Part shown: one piece after another, positions 44,946 to 60,400 of the stretch
Numbering within the stretch: the first letter of the stretch is position 1
Layout of the letters: each line of letters opens with the position of its first letter
Source of the DNA: Eledone cirrhosa
Taxonomy: Eukaryota
Direction of reading: 5' to 3'
NCBI GenBank assembly: GCA_964016885.1
Contig: OZ024744.1
Coordinates: 24,304,001 to 24,368,000, forward strand
DNA length: 64,000 bases
Position numbers and translations under genes: made by a program
The notes under the pieces: generated by a model
Database searches by the model: none
What the model was told of the DNA's origin: nothing
What the model saw: the letters and a program-made list of their open reading frames with translations, nothing else

Positions 44946-47900
44946 TTAACAACAGTTGAATCTTAAGATAAAACATCATTTTAACAACAGTTGAATCTTA
45001 AAATAAAACTTGTTTTAACAACAGTTGAATCTTAAGAACTGACTCGTTTTAACAACAGTTGAATCTTAAGAACTGACTCGTTTTAACAACAATTCAACCT
45101 TAAGAACTGACTCGTTTTAACAACAGTTGAATCTTAAGAACTGACTCGTTTTAACAACAGTTGAATCTTAAGAACTGACTCGTTTTAACAACAACTGAAT
45201 CTTAAGATTAAACTCGTTTTAACAACAGTTGAATCTTAAGAACTGTCTCGTTTTAACAACAGTTGAATCTTAAGATAAACCTCGTTTTAACAACAGTTTA
45301 ATCTTAACAACTGACTCGTTTTAACAACAGTTGAATCTTAAGATAAAATTCGTTTTAACAACAGTTGAATCTTAAGAACTGATTCGTTTTAACAACAGTT
45401 CAAACTTAAGAACTGACTCGTTTTAACAACAGTTGAATCTTATGATAAAACTCATTTTAACAACAGTTGAATCTTAAGAACTGATTCGTTTTAACAACAA
45501 ATGAATCTTAAGATAAACCTCGCTTTAACAAAAGTTGAATCTTAAGAACTGGCTCGTTTTAACAACAGTTGAATCTTAAGAACTGACTCGTTTTAACAAC
45601 AACTGAATCTTAAGATTAAACTCGTTTTAACAACAGTTGAATCTTAAGAACTGTCTCGTTTTAACAACAGTTGAATCTTAAGATAAACCTCGTTTTAACA
45701 ACAGTTTAATCTTAACAACTGACTCGTTTTAACAACAGTTGAATCTTAAGATAAAATTCGTTTTAACAACAGTTGAATCTTAAGAACTGATTCGTTTTAA
45801 CAACAGTTCAAACTTAAGAACTGACTCGTTTTAACAACAGTTGAATCTTATGATAAAACTCATTTTAACAACAGTTGAATCTTAAGAACTGATTCGTTTT
45901 AACAACAAATGAATCTTAAGATAAACCTCGCTTTAACAAAAGTTGAATCTTAAGAACTGGCTCGTTTTAACAACAGTGGAATCTTAAGAACTGTCTCGTT
46001 TTAACAACACTTGAATCTTAAGAACTGACTCGTTTTAACAACAGTTGAATCTTATGATAAAACCCATTTTAACAACAGTTGAATCTTAAGATAAAACTCG
46101 TTTTAACAACAGTTGAATCTTAAGAACTAACTCGTTTTAACAACAGTTGAATCTTAAGATAAAACTCGTTTTAACAACAGTTGAATCTTAAGAACTGACT
46201 CGTTTTAACAACAGTTGAATCTTAAGAATTGACTCGTTTTATAAACAGTTCAACCTTAAGAAATGACTCGTTTTAACAACAGTTGAATCTTAAGATAAAC
46301 CTCGCTTTAACAAAAGTTGAATCTTAAGAACTGGCTCGTTTTAACAACAGTTGAATCTTAAGAACTGTCTCGTTTTAACAACACTTGAATCTTAAGAACT
46401 GACTCGTTTTAACAACAGTTGAATCTTATGATAAAACCCATTTTAACAACAGTTGAATCTTAAGAACTGACTCGTTTTAACAACAGTTGAATCTTAAGAT
46501 AAAACTCGTTTTAACAACAGTTGAATCTTAAGAACTGACTCGTTTTAACAACAGTTGAATCTTAAGAACTGACTCGTTTTATAAACAGTTCAACCTTAAG
46601 AACTGACTCGTTTTAACAACAGTTGAATCTTCAAATAAAACTCGTTTTAACAACAGTTAAATATTAAGAACTGACTCGTTTTAACAGCAGTTGAATTTTA
46701 ATATAAAACTCGTTTTAACAACAGTTGAATCTTAAGAACTGACTCGTTTTAATAACAGTTGAATCTTAAGATAAAACTCGTTTTAACAACATTAGAATCT
46801 TAAAAACTGACTCGTTTTAACATCAGCTGAATTTTAAGATAAAACTCGTTTTAACAACAGTTGAATCTTAAGAACTGACTCGTTTTATCAACAGTTCAAC
46901 CTTAAGAACTGACTCGTTTTAACAACAGTTGAATCTTCAAATAAAACTCGTTTTAACAACAGTTGAATCTTAAGAACTGACTCGTTTTAACAACAGTTGA
47001 ATCTTAAGATAAAACTCGTTTTAACAACAGCTGAATCTTAAGATTAAACTCATTTTAACAACAGTTGAATCTCAAGACAAAACCCGTTTTAACAACAGTT
47101 GAATCTTAAGAACTGACTCGTTTTAACAACAGTTGAATCTTAAGAACTGACTCGTTTAACAACAGTTGAATCTTAAGAACTGTCTCGTTTTAACAACAGT
47201 TGAATCTTAAGATAAACCTCGTTTTAACAACAGTTTAATCTTAACAACTGACTCGTTTTAACAACAGTTGAATCTTAAGATAAAATTCGTTTTAACAACA
47301 GTTGAATCTTAAGAACTGATTCGTTTTAACAACAGTTCAAACTTAAGAACTGACTCGTTTTAACAACAGTTGAATCTTATGATAAAACTCATTTTAACAA
47401 CAGTTGAATCTTAAGAACTGATTCGTTTTAACAACAGATGAATCTTAAGATAAACCTCGCTTTAACAAAAGTTGAATCTTAAGAACTGGCTCGTTTTAAC
47501 AACAGTTGAATCTTAAGAACTGTCTCGTTTTAACAACACTTGAATCTTAAGAACTGACTCGTTTTAACAACAGTTGAATCTTATGATAAAACCCATTTTA
47601 ACAACAGTTGAATCTTAAGATAAAACTCGTTTTAACAACAGTTGAATCTTAAGAACTGACTCGTTTTAACAACAGTTGAATCTTAAGATAAAACTCGTTT
47701 TAACAACAGTTGAATCTTAAGAACTGACTCATTTTAACAACAGTTGAATCTTAAGAATTGACTCGTTTTATAAACAGTTCAACCTTAAGAACTGACTCGT
47801 TTTAACAACAGTTGAATCTTCAAATAAAACTCGTTTTAACAACAGTTGAATATTAAGAACTGACTCGTTTTAACAGCAGTTGAATCTTAATATAAAACTC

Positions 47901-50900
47901 GTTTTAACAACAGTTGAATCTTAAGAACTGACTCGTTTTAATAACAGTTGAATCTTAAGATAAAACTCGTTTTAACAACAGTTGAATCTTACGAACTGAC
48001 TCGTTTTAACAACAGCTGAATTTTAAGATAAAACTCGTTTTAACAACAGTTGAATCTTAAGAACTGACTCGTTTTATCAACAGTTCAACCTTAAGAACTG
48101 ACTCATTTTAACAACAGTTGAATCTTCAAATAAAACTCGTTTTAACAACAGTTGAATGTTAAGAACTGATTCGTTTTAACAACAGCTGAATCTTAAGATA
48201 AACTCGTTTTAACAACAGTTGAATCTTAAGATAAACCTCGTTTTAACAACAGTTTAATCTTAAGAACTGACTCGTTTTAACAACAGTTGAATCTTAAGAT
48301 AAAATTCGTTTTAACAACAGTTGAATCTTAAGAACTGATTCGTTTTAACAACAGTTGAATCTTAAGATAAAACTCGTTTTAACAACAGTTGAATCTTAAG
48401 AACTGATTCGTATTAACAACAGTTGAATATTAAGATAAAACTCGTTTTAACAACAGTTAAATCTTAAGAACTGGCTCGTTTTAACAACAGTTGAATCTTA
48501 AGAACTGTCTCGTTTTAACAACACTTGAATCTTAAGAACTGACTCGTTTTAACAACAGTTGAATCTTATGATAAAACCCATTTTAACAACAGTTGAATCT
48601 TAAGATAAAACTCGTTTTAACAACAGTTGAATCTTAAGAACTGACTCGTTTTAACAACAGTTGAATCTTAAGATAAACCTCGTTTTAACAACAGTTTAAT
48701 CTTAACAACTGACTCGTTTTAACAACAGTTGAATCTTAAGATAAAATTCGTTTTAACAACAGTTGAATCTTAAGAACTGATTCGTTTTAACAACAGTTCA
48801 AACTTAAGAACTGACTCGTTTTAACAACAGTTGAATCTTATGATAAAACTCATTTTAACAACAGTTGAATCTTAAGAACTGATTCGTTTTAACAACAAAT
48901 GAATCTTAAGATAAACCTCGCTTTAACAAAAGTTGAATCTTAAGAACTGGCTCGTTTTAACAACAGTTGAATCTTAAGAACTGTCTCGTTTTAACAACAC
49001 TTGAATCTTAAGAACTGACTCGTTTTAACAACAGTTGAATCTTATGATAAAACCCATTTTAACAACAGTTGAATCTTAAGAACTGACTCGTTTTAACAAC
49101 AGTTGAATCTTAAGATAAAACTCGTTTTAACAACAGTTGAATCTTAAGAACTGACTCGTTTTAACAACAGTTGAATCTTAAGAACTGACTCGTTTTATAA
49201 ACAGTTCAACCTTAAGAACTGACTCGTTTTAACAACAGTTGAATCTTCAAATAAAACTCGTTTTAACAACAGTTGAATATTAAGAACTGACTCGTTTTAA
49301 CAGCAGTTGAATCTTAATATAAAACTCGTTTTAACAACAGTTGAATCTTAAGAACTGACTCGTTTTAATAACAGTTGAATCTTAAGATAAAACTCGTTTT
49401 AACAACATTTGAATCTTAAAAACTGACTCGTTTTAACATCAGCTGAATTTTAAGATAAAACTCGTTTTAACAACAGTTGAATCTTAAGAACTGACTCGTT
49501 TTATCAACAGTTCAACCTTAAGAACTGACTCGTTTTAACAACAGTTGAATCTTCAAATAAAACTCGTTTTAACAACAGTTGAATCTTAAGAACTGACTCG
49601 TTTTAACAACAGTTGAATCTTAAGATAAAACTCGTTTTAACAACAGCTGAATCTTAAGATTAAACTCATTTTAACAACAGTTGAATCTCAAGACAAAACC
49701 CGTTTTAACAACAGTTGAATCTTAAGAACTGACTCGTTTTAACAACAGTTGAATCTTAAGAACTGACTCGTTTAACAACAGTTGAATCTTAAGAACTGTC
49801 TCGTTTTAACAACAGTTGAATCTTAAGATAAACCTCGTTTTAACAACAGTTTAATCTTAACAACTGACTCGTTTTAACAACAGTTGAATCTTAAGATAAA
49901 ATTCGTTTTAACAACAGTTGAATCTTAAGAACTGATTCGTTTTAACAACAGTTCAAACTTAAGAACTGACTCGTTTTAACAACAGTTGAATCTTAAGAAC
50001 TGACTCGTTTTATAAACAGTTCAACCTTAAGAACTTACTCGTTTTAACAACAGTTGAATATTAAGAACTGATTCGTTTTAACAGCAGTTGAATCTTAATA
50101 TAAAACTCGTTTTAACAACAGTTGAATCTTAAGAACTAACTCGTTTTAATAACAGTTGAATCTTAAGATAGAACTCGTTTTAACAACAGTTGAATCTTAA
50201 GAACTGACTCGTTTTAACAACAGCTGAATTTTAAGATAAAACTCGTTTTAACAACAGTTGAATCTTAAGAACTGACTCGTTTTATCAACAGTTCAACCTT
50301 AAGAACTGACTCATTTTAACAACAGTTGAATCTTCAAATAAAACTCGTTTTAACAACAGTTGAATGTTAAGAACTGAATCGTTTTAACAACAGCTGAATC
50401 TTAAGATAAACTCGTTTTAACAACAGTTGAATCTTAAGATAAACCTCGTTTTAACAACAGTTTAATCTTAAGAACTGAATCGTTTTAACAACAGTTGAAT
50501 CTTAAGATAAAATTCGTTTTAACAATAGTTGAATCTTAAGAACTGATTCGTTTTAACAACAGTTCAAACTTAAGCACTGACTCGTTTTAACAACAGCTGA
50601 ATCTTCAGATGAAACTCGTTTTAACAACAGTTGAATCTTAAGAACTGACTCATTTTAACAACAGTTGAATCTTAAGATAAAACATCATTTTAACAACAGT
50701 TGAATCTTAAAATAAAACTCGTTTTAACAACAGTTGAATCTTAAGAACTGACTCGTTTTAACAACAGTTGAATCTTAAGAACTGACTCGTTTTAACAACA
50801 ATTCAACCTTAAGAACTGACTCGTTTTAACAACAGTTGAATCTTAAGAACTGACTCGTTTTAACAACAGTTGAATCTTAAGAACTGACTCGTTTTAACAA

Positions 50901-53900
50901 CAACTGAATCTTAAGATTAAACTCGTTTTAACAACAGTTGAATCTTAAGAACTGTCTCGTTTTAACAACAGTTGAATCTTAAGATAAACCTCGTTTTAAC
51001 AACAGTTTAATCTTAACAACTGACTCGTTTTAACAACAGTTGAATCTTAAGATAAAATTCGTTTTAACAACAGTTGAATCTTAAGAACTGATTCGTTTTA
51101 ACAACAGTTCAAACTTAAGAACTGACTCGTTTTAACAACAGTTGAGTCTTATGATAAAACTCATTTTAACAACAGTTGAATCTTAAGAACTGATTCGTTT
51201 TAACAACAAATGAATCTTAAGATAAACCTCGCTTTAACAAAAGTTGAATCTTAAGAACTGGCTCGTTTTAACAACAGTTGAATCTTAAGAACTGACTCGT
51301 TTTAACAACAACTGAATCTTAAGATTAAACTCGTTTTAACAACAGTTGAATCTTAAGAACTGTCTCGTTTTAACAACAGTTGAATCTTAAGATAAACCTC
51401 GTTTTAACAACAGTTTAATCTTAACAACTGACTCGTTTTAACAACAGTTGAATCTTAAGATAAAATTCGTTTTAACAACAGTTGAATCTTAAGAACTGAT
51501 TCGTTTTAACAACAGTTCAAACTTAAGAACTGACTCGTTTTAACAACAGTTGAATCTTATGATAAAACTCATTTTAACAACAGTTGAATCTTAAGAACTG
51601 ATTCGTTTTAACAACAAATGAATCTTACGATAAACCTCGCTTTAACAAAAGTTGAATCTTAAGAACTGGCTCGTTTTAACAACAGTTGAATCTTAAGAAC
51701 TGTCTCGTTTTAACAACACTTGAATCTTAAGAACTGACTCGTTTTAACAACAGTTGAATCTTATGATAAAACCCATTTTAACAACAGTTGAATCTTAAGA
51801 TAAAACTCGTTTTAACAACAGTTGAATCTTAAGAACTAACTCGTTTTAACAACAGTTGAATCTTAAGATAAAACTCGTTTTAACAACAGTTGAATCTTAA
51901 GAACTGACTCGTTTTAACAACAGTTGAATCTTAAGAATTGACTCGTTTTATAAACAGTTCAACCTTAAGAAATGACTCGTTTTAACAACAGTTGAATCTT
52001 AAGATAAACCTCGCTTTAACAAAAGTTGAATCTTAAGAACTGGCTCGTTTTAACAACAGTTGAATCTTAAGAACTGTCTCGTTTTAACAACACTTGAATC
52101 TTAAGAACTGACTCGTTTTAACAACAGTTGAATCTTATGATAAAACCCATTTTAACAACAGTTGAATCTTAAGAACTGACTCGTTTTAACAACAGTTGAA
52201 TCTTAAGATAAAACTCGTTTTAACAACAGTTGAATCTTAAGAACTGACTCGTTTTAACAACAGTTGAATCTTAAGAACTGACTCGTTTTATAAACAGTTC
52301 AACCTTAAGAACTGACTCGTTTTAACAACAGTTGAATCTTCAAATAAAACTCGTTTTAACAACAGTTAAATATTAAGAACTGACTCGTTTTAACAGCAGT
52401 TGAATTTTAATATAAAACTCGTTTTAACAACAGTTGAATCTTAAGAACTGACTCGTTTTAATAACAGTTGAATCTTAAGATAAAACTCGTTTTAACAACA
52501 TTAGAATCTTAAAAACTGACTCGTTTTAACATCAGCTGAATTTTAAGATAAAACTCGTTTTAACAACAGTTGAATCTTAAGAACTGACTCGTTTTATCAA
52601 CAGTTCAACCTTAAGAACTGACTCGTTTTAACAACAGTTGAATCTTCAAATAAAACTCGTTTTAACAACAGTTGAATCTTAAGAACTGACTCGTTTTAAC
52701 AACAGTTGAATCTTAAGATAAAACTCGTTTTAACAACAGCTGAATCTTAAGATTAAACTCATTTTAACAACAGTTGAATCTCAAGACAAAACCCGTTTTA
52801 ACAACAGTTGAATCTTAAGAACTGACTCGTTTTAACAACAGTTGAATCTTAAGAACTGACTCGTTTAACAACAGTTGAATCTTAAGAACTGTCTCGTTTT
52901 AACAACAGTTGAATCTTAAGATAAACCTCGTTTTAACAACAGTTTAATCTTAACAACTGACTCGTTTTAACAACAGTTGAATCTTAAGATAAAATTCGTT
53001 TTAACAACAGTTGAATCTTAAGAACTGATTCGTTTTAACAACAGTTCAAACTTAAGAACTGACTCGTTTTAACAACAGTTGAATCTTATGATAAAACTCA
53101 TTTTAACAACAGTTGAATCTTAAGAACTTATTCGTTTGAACAACAGATGAATCTTAAGATAAACCTCGCTTTAACAAAAGTTGAATCTTAAGAACTGGCT
53201 CGTTTTAACAACAGTTGAATCTTAAGAACTGTCTCGTTTTAACAACAGTTGAATCTTATGATAAAACCCATTTTAACAACAGTTGAATCTTAAGATAAAA
53301 CTCGTTTTAACAACAGTTGAATCTTAAGAACTGACTCGTTTTAACAACAGTTGAATCTTAAGATAAAACTCGTTTTAACAACAGTTGAATCTTAAGAACT
53401 GACTCATTTTAACAACAGTTGAATCTTAAGAATTGACTCGTTTTATAAACAGTTCAACCTTAAGAACTGACTCGTTTTAACAACAGTTGAATCTTCAAAT
53501 AAAACTCGTTTTAACAACAGTTGAATATTAAGAACTGACTCGTTTTAACAGCAGTTGAATCTTAATATAAAACTCGTTTTAACAACAGTTGAATCTTAAG
53601 AACTGACTCGTTTTAATAACAGTTGAATCTTAAGATAAAACTCGTTTTAACAACAGTTGAATCTTACGAACTGACTCGTTTTAACAACAGCTGAATTTTA
53701 AGATAAAACTCGTTTTAACAACAGTTGAATCTTAAGAACTGACTCGTTTTATCAACAGTTCAACCTTAAGAACTGACTCATTTTAACAACAGTTGAATCT
53801 TCAAATAAAACTCGTTTTAACAACAGTTGAATGTTAAGAACTGATTCGTTTTAACAACAGCTGAATCTTAAGATAAACTCGTTTTAACAACAGTTGAATC

Positions 53901-54560
53901 TTAAGATAAACCTCGTTTTAACAACAGTTTAATCTTAAGAACTGACTCGTTTTAACAACAGTTGAATCTTAAGATAAAATTCGTTTTAACAACAGTTGAA
54001 TCTTAAGAACTGATTCGTTTTAACAACAGTTGAATCTTAAGATAAAACTCGTTTTAACAACAGTTGAATCTTAAGAACTGATTCGTATTAACAACAGTTG
54101 AATATTAAGATAAAACTCGTTTTAACAACAGTTAAATCTTAAGAACTGGCTCGTTTTAACAACAGTTGAATCTTAAGAACTGTCTCGTTTTAACAACACT
54201 TGAATCTTAAGAACTGACTCGTTTTAACAACAGTTGAATCTTATGATAAAACCCATTTTAACAACAGTTGAATCTTAAGATAAAACTCGTTTTAACAACA
54301 GTTGAATCTTAAGAACTGACTCGTTTTAACAACAGTTGAATCTTAAGATAAATCTCGTTTTAACAACAGTTTAATCTTAACAACTGACTCGTTTTAACAA
54401 CAGTTGAATCTTAAGATAAAATTCGTTTTAACAACAGTTGAATCTTAAGAACTGATTCGTTTTAACAACAGTTCAAACTTAAGAACTGACTCGTTTTAAC
54501 AACAGTTGAATCTTATGATAAAACTCATTTTAACAACAGTTGAATCTTAAGAACTGATTC
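42950..54560. repeat. Tandem duplication of ~5.7 kb (~168 monomers), junction near 48660
   Basis: Offset 5709: GCACTG 44865/50574, AAATGACTC 46261/51970, ATTAGAATC 46791/52500. Offset 5675 after a one-monomer loss near 53240: ACGAAC 47991/53666. Confidence 0.9.
45190..46000. repeat. Tandem duplication of 408 bp (12 monomers), inherited by the copies at ~50900-51710 and ~59160-59970
   Basis: CAACTGAATCTTAAGATTAAAC pairs at 45192/45600, 50901/51309 and 59158/59566, each 408 = 12x34 apart. Confidence 0.88.
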
Positions 54561-57419
54561 GTTTTAACAACAGATGAATCTTAAGATAAACCTCGCTTTA
54601 ACAAAAGTTGAATCTTAAGAACTGGCTCGTTTTAACAACAGTTGAATCTTAAGAACTGTCTCGTTTTAACAACACTTGAATCTTAAGAACTGACTCGTTT
54701 TAACAACAGTTGAATCTTATGATAAAACCCATTTTAACAACAGTTGAATCTTAAGATAAAACTCGTTTTAACAACAGTTGAATCTTAAGAACTGACTCGT
54801 TTTAACAACAGTTGAATCTTAAGATAAAACTCGTTTTAACAACAGTTGAATCTTAAGAACTGACTCGTTTTAACAACATTTGAATCTTAAGAATTGACTC
54901 GTTTTATAAACAGTTCAACCTTAAGAACTGACTCGTTTTAACAACAGTTGAATCTTCAAATAAAACTCGTTTTAACAACAGTTGAATATTAAGAACTGAC
55001 TCGTTTTAACAGCAGTTGAATCTTAATATAAAACTCGTTTTAACAACAGTTGAATCTTAAGAACTGACTCGTTTTAATAACAGTTGAATCTTAAGATAAA
55101 ACTCGTTTTAACAACAGTTGAATCTTAAGAAATGACTCGTTTTAACAACAGCTGAATTTTAAGATAAAACTCGTTTTAACAACAGTTGAATCTTAAGAAC
55201 TGACTCGTTTTATCAACAGTTCAACCTTAGAACTGACTCATTTTAACAACAGTTGAATCTTCAAATAAAACTCGTTTTAACAACAGTTGAATGTTAAGAA
55301 CTGATTCGTTTTAACAACAGCTGAATCTTAAGATAAACTCGTTTTAACAACAGTTGAATCTTAAGATAAACCTCGTTTTAACAACAGTTTAATCTTAAGA
55401 ACTGACTCGTTTTAACAACAGTTGAATCTTAAGATAAAATTCGTTTTAACAACAGTTGAATCTTAAGAACTGATTCGTTTTAACAACAGTTTAAACTTAA
55501 GAACTGACTCGTTTTAACAACAGTTGAATCTTAAGATAAAACTCGTTTTAACAACAGTTGAATCTTAAGAACTGATTCGTATTAACAACAGTTGAATATT
55601 AAGATAAAACTCGTTTTAACAACAGTTAAATCTTAAGAACTGACTCGTTTTAACAACAGTTGAATCTTAAGATAAAACTCGTTTTAACAACAGTTAAATC
55701 TTAAGAACTGTCTCGTTTTAACAACAGTTGAATCTTAAGAACTGACTCGTTTTAACAACAGTTGAATCTTATGATAAGACTCATTTTAACAACAGTTGAA
55801 TCTTAAGATAAAACTCGTTTTAACAACAGTTGAATCTTAAGAACTGACTCGTTTTAACAACAGTTGAATCTTAAGATAAAACTCGTTTTAACAACAGTTG
55901 AATCTTAAGAACTGACTCGTTTTAACAACAGTTGAATCTTAAGAACTGACTCGTTTTATAAACAGTTCAACCTTAAGAACTTACTCGTTTTAACAACAGT
56001 TGAATATTAAGAACTGATTCGTTTTAACAGCAGTTGAATCTTAATATAAAACTCGTTTTAACAACAGTTGAATCTTAAGAACTGACTCGTTTTAATAACA
56101 GTTGAATCTTAAGATAGAACTCGTTTTAACAACAGTTGAATCTTAAGAACTGGCTCGTTTTAACAACAGCTGAATTTTAAGATAAAACTCGTTTTAACAA
56201 CAGTTGAATCTTAAGAACTGACTCGTTTTATCAACAGTTCAACCTTAAGAACTGACTCATTTTAACAACAGTTGAATCTTCAAATAAAACTCGTTTTAAC
56301 AACAGTTGAATGTTAAGAACTGAATCGTTTTAACAACAGCTGAATCTTAAGATAAACTCGTTTTAACAACAGTTGAATCTTAAGATAAACCTCGTTTTAA
56401 CAACAGTTTAATCTTAAGAACTGAATCGTTTTAACAACAGTTGAATCTTAAGATAAAATTCGTTTTAACAATAGTTGAATCTTAAGAACTGATTCGTTTT
56501 AACAACAGTTCAAACTTAAGAACTGACTCGTTTTAACAACAGCTGAATCTTCAGATGAAACTCGTTTTAACAACAGTTGAATCTTAAGAACTGACTCATT
56601 TTAACAACAGTTGAATCTTAAGATAAAACATCATTTTAACAACAGTTGAATCTTAAAATAAAACTCGTTTTAACAACAGTTGAATCTTAAGAACTGACTC
56701 GTTTTAACAACAGTTGAATCTTAAGAACTGACTCGTTTTAACAACAATTCAACCTTAAGAACTGACTCGTATTAACAACAGTTGAATCTTAAGAACGGAC
56801 TCGTTTTAACAACAGTTGAATCTTAAGAACTGACTCGTTTTAACAACAACTGAATCTTAAGATTAAACTCGTTTTAACAACAGTTGAATCTTAAGAACTG
56901 TCTCGTTTTAACAACAGTTGAATCTTAAGATAAACCTCGTTTTAACAACAGTTTAATCTTAACAACTGACTCGTTTTAACAACAGTTGAATCTTAAGATA
57001 AAATTCGTTTTAACAACAGTTGAATCTTAAGAACTGATTCGTTTTAACAACAGTTCAAACTTAAGAACTGACTCGTTTTAACAACAGTTGAATCTTATGA
57101 TAAAACTCATTTTAACAACAGTTGAATCTTAAGAACTGATTCGTTTTAACAACAAATGAATCTTAAGAACTGGCTCGTTTTAACAACAGTTGAATCTTAA
57201 GAACTGTCTCGTTTTAACAACAGTTGAATCTTAAGATAAACCTCGTTTTAACAACAGTTTAATCTTAACAACTGACTCGTTTTAACAACAGTTGAATCTT
57301 ATGATAAAACCCATTTTAACAACAGTTGAATCTTAAGAACTGACTCGTTTTAACAACAGTTGAATCTTAAGAACTGACTCGTTTTAACAACAGATGAATC
57401 TTAAGAACTGACTCGTTTT

Positions 57420-60400
57420 AACAACAGTTGAATCTTAAGAACTGACTCGTTTTATAAACAGTTCAACCTTAAGAACTGACTCGTTTTAACAACAGTTGAA
57501 TCTTCAAATAAAACTCGTTTTAACAACAGTTGAATATTAAGAACTGACTCGTTTTAACAGCAGTTGAATCTTAATATAAAACTCGTTTTAACAACAGTTG
57601 AATCTTAAGAACTGACTCGTTTTAATAACAGTTGAATCTTAAGATAAAACTCGTTTTAACAACATTTGAATCTTAAAAACTGACTCGTTTTAACATCAGC
57701 TGAATTTTAAGATAAAACTCGTTTTAACAACAGTTGAATCTTAAGAACTGACTCGTTTTATCAACAGTTCAACCTTAAGAACTGACTCGTTTTAACAACA
57801 GTTGAATCTTCAAATAAAACTCGTTTTAACAACAGTTGAATCTTAAGAACTGACTCGTTTTAACAACAGTTGAATCTTAAGATAAAACTCGTTTTAACAA
57901 CAGCTGAATCTTAAGATTAAACTCATTTTAACAACAGTTGAATCTCAAGACAAAACCCGTTTTAACAACAGTTGAATCTTAAGAACTGACTCGTTTTAAC
58001 AACAGTTGAATCTTAAGAACTGACTCGTTTAACAACAGTTGAATCTTAAGAACTGTCTCGTTTTAACAACAGTTGAATCTTAAGATAAACCTCGTTTTAA
58101 CAACAGTTTAATCTTAACAACTGACTCGTTTTAACAACAGTTGAATCTTAAGATAAAATTCGTTTTAACAACAGTTGAATCTTAAGAACTGATTCGTTTT
58201 AACAACAGTTCAAACTTAAGAACTGACTCGTTTTAACAACAGTTGAATCTTAAGAACTGACTCGTTTTATAAACAGTTCAACCTTAAGAACTTACTCGTT
58301 TTAACAACAGTTGAATATTAAGAACTGATTCGTTTTAACAGCAGTTGAATCTTAATATAAAACTCGTTTTAACAACAGTTGAATCTTAAGAACTAACTCG
58401 TTTTAATAACAGTTGAATCTTAAGATAGAACTCGTTTTAACAACAGTTGAATCTTAAGAACTGACTCGTTTTAACAACAGCTGAATTTTAAGATAAAACT
58501 CGTTTTAACAACAGTTGAATCTTAAGAACTGACTCGTTTTATCAACAGTTCAACCTTAAGAACTGACTCATTTTAACAACATTTGAATCTTCAAATAAAA
58601 CTCGTTTTAACAACAGTTGAATGTTAAGAACTGAATCGTTTTAACAACAGCTGAATCTTAAGATAAACTCGTTTTAACAACAGTTGAATCTTAAGATAAA
58701 CCTCGTTTTAACAACAGTTTAATCTTAAGAACTGAATCGTTTTAACAACAGTTGAATCTTAAGATAAAATTCGTTTTAACAATAGTTGAATCTTAAGAAC
58801 TGATTCGTTTTAACAACAGTTCAAACTTAAGCACTGACTCGTTTTAACAACAGCTGAATCTTCAGATGAAACTCGTTTTAACAACAGTTGAATCTTAAGA
58901 ACTGACTCATTTTAACAACAGTTGAATCTTAAGATAAAACATCATTTTAACAACAGTTGAATCTTAAAATAAAACTCGTTTTAACAACAGTTGAATCTTA
59001 AGAACTGACTCGTTTTAACAACAGTTGAATCTTAAGAACTGACTCGTTTTAACAACAATTCAACCTTAAGAACTGACTCGTTTTAACAACAGTTGAATCT
59101 TAAGAACTGACTCGTTTTAACAACAGTTGAATCTTAAGAACTGACTCGTTTTAACAACAACTGAATCTTAAGATTAAACTCGTTTTAACAACAGTTGAAT
59201 CTTAAGAACTGTCTCGTTTTAACAACAGTTGAATCTTAAGATAAACCTCGTTTTAACAACAGTTTAATCTTAACAACTGACTCGTTTTAACAACAGTTGA
59301 ATCTTAAGATAAAATTCGTTTTAACAACAGTTGAATCTTAAGAACTGATTCGTTTTAACAACAGTTCAAACTTAAGAACTGACTCGTTTTAACAACAGTT
59401 GAATCTTATGATAAAACTCATTTTAACAACAGTTGAATCTTAAGAACTGATTCGTTTTAACAACAAATGAATCTTAAGATAAACCTCGCTTTAACAAAAG
59501 TTGAATCTTAAGAACTGGCTCGTTTTAACAACAGTTGAATCTTAAGAACTGACTCGTTTTAACAACAACTGAATCTTAAGATTAAACTCGTTTTAACAAC
59601 AGTTGAATCTTAAGAACTGTCTCGTTTTAACAACAGTTGAATCTTAAGATAAACCTCGTTTTAACAACAGTTTAATCTTAACAACTGACTCGTTTTAACA
59701 ACAGTTGAATCTTAAGATAAAATTCGTTTTAACAACAGTTGAATCTTAAGAACTGATTCGTTTTAACAACAGTTCAAACTTAAGAACTGACTCGTTTTAA
59801 CAACAGTTGAATCTTATGATAAAACTCATTTTAACAACAGTTGAATCTTAAGAACTGATTCGTTTTAACAACAAATGAATCTTAAGATAAACCTCGCTTT
59901 AACAAAAGTTGAATCTTAAGAACTGGCTCGTTTTAACAACAGTTGAATCTTAAGAACTGTCTCGTTTTAACAACACTTGAATCTTAAGAACTGACTCGTT
60001 TTAACAACAGTTGAATCTTATGATAAAACCCATTTTAACAACAGTTGAATCTTAAGATAAAACTCGTTTTAACAACAGTTGAATCTTAAGAACTAACTCG
60101 TTTTAACAACAGTTGAATCTTAAGATAAAACTCGTTTTAACAACAGTTGAATCTTAAGAACTGACTCGTTTTAACAACAGTTGAATCTTAAGAATTGACT
60201 CGTTTTATAAACAGTTCAACTTTAAGAAATGACTCGTTTTAACAACAGTTGAATCTTAAGATAAACCTCCCTTTAACAAAAGTTGAATCTTAAGAACTGG
60301 CTCGTTTTAACAACAGTTGAATCTTAAGAACTGTCTCGTTTTAACAACACTTGAATCTTAAGAACTGACTCGTTTTAACAACAGTTGAATCTTATGATAA

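Noticed and set aside
35041-58900. Exactly 21,000-bp offset between ~35041-37900 and ~56041-58900
   Set aside because: It equals 7034 + 5709 + 8257, and the copies differ at several sites (for example ATTGG at 36037 is absent from the later copy). The round number is treated as coincidence.
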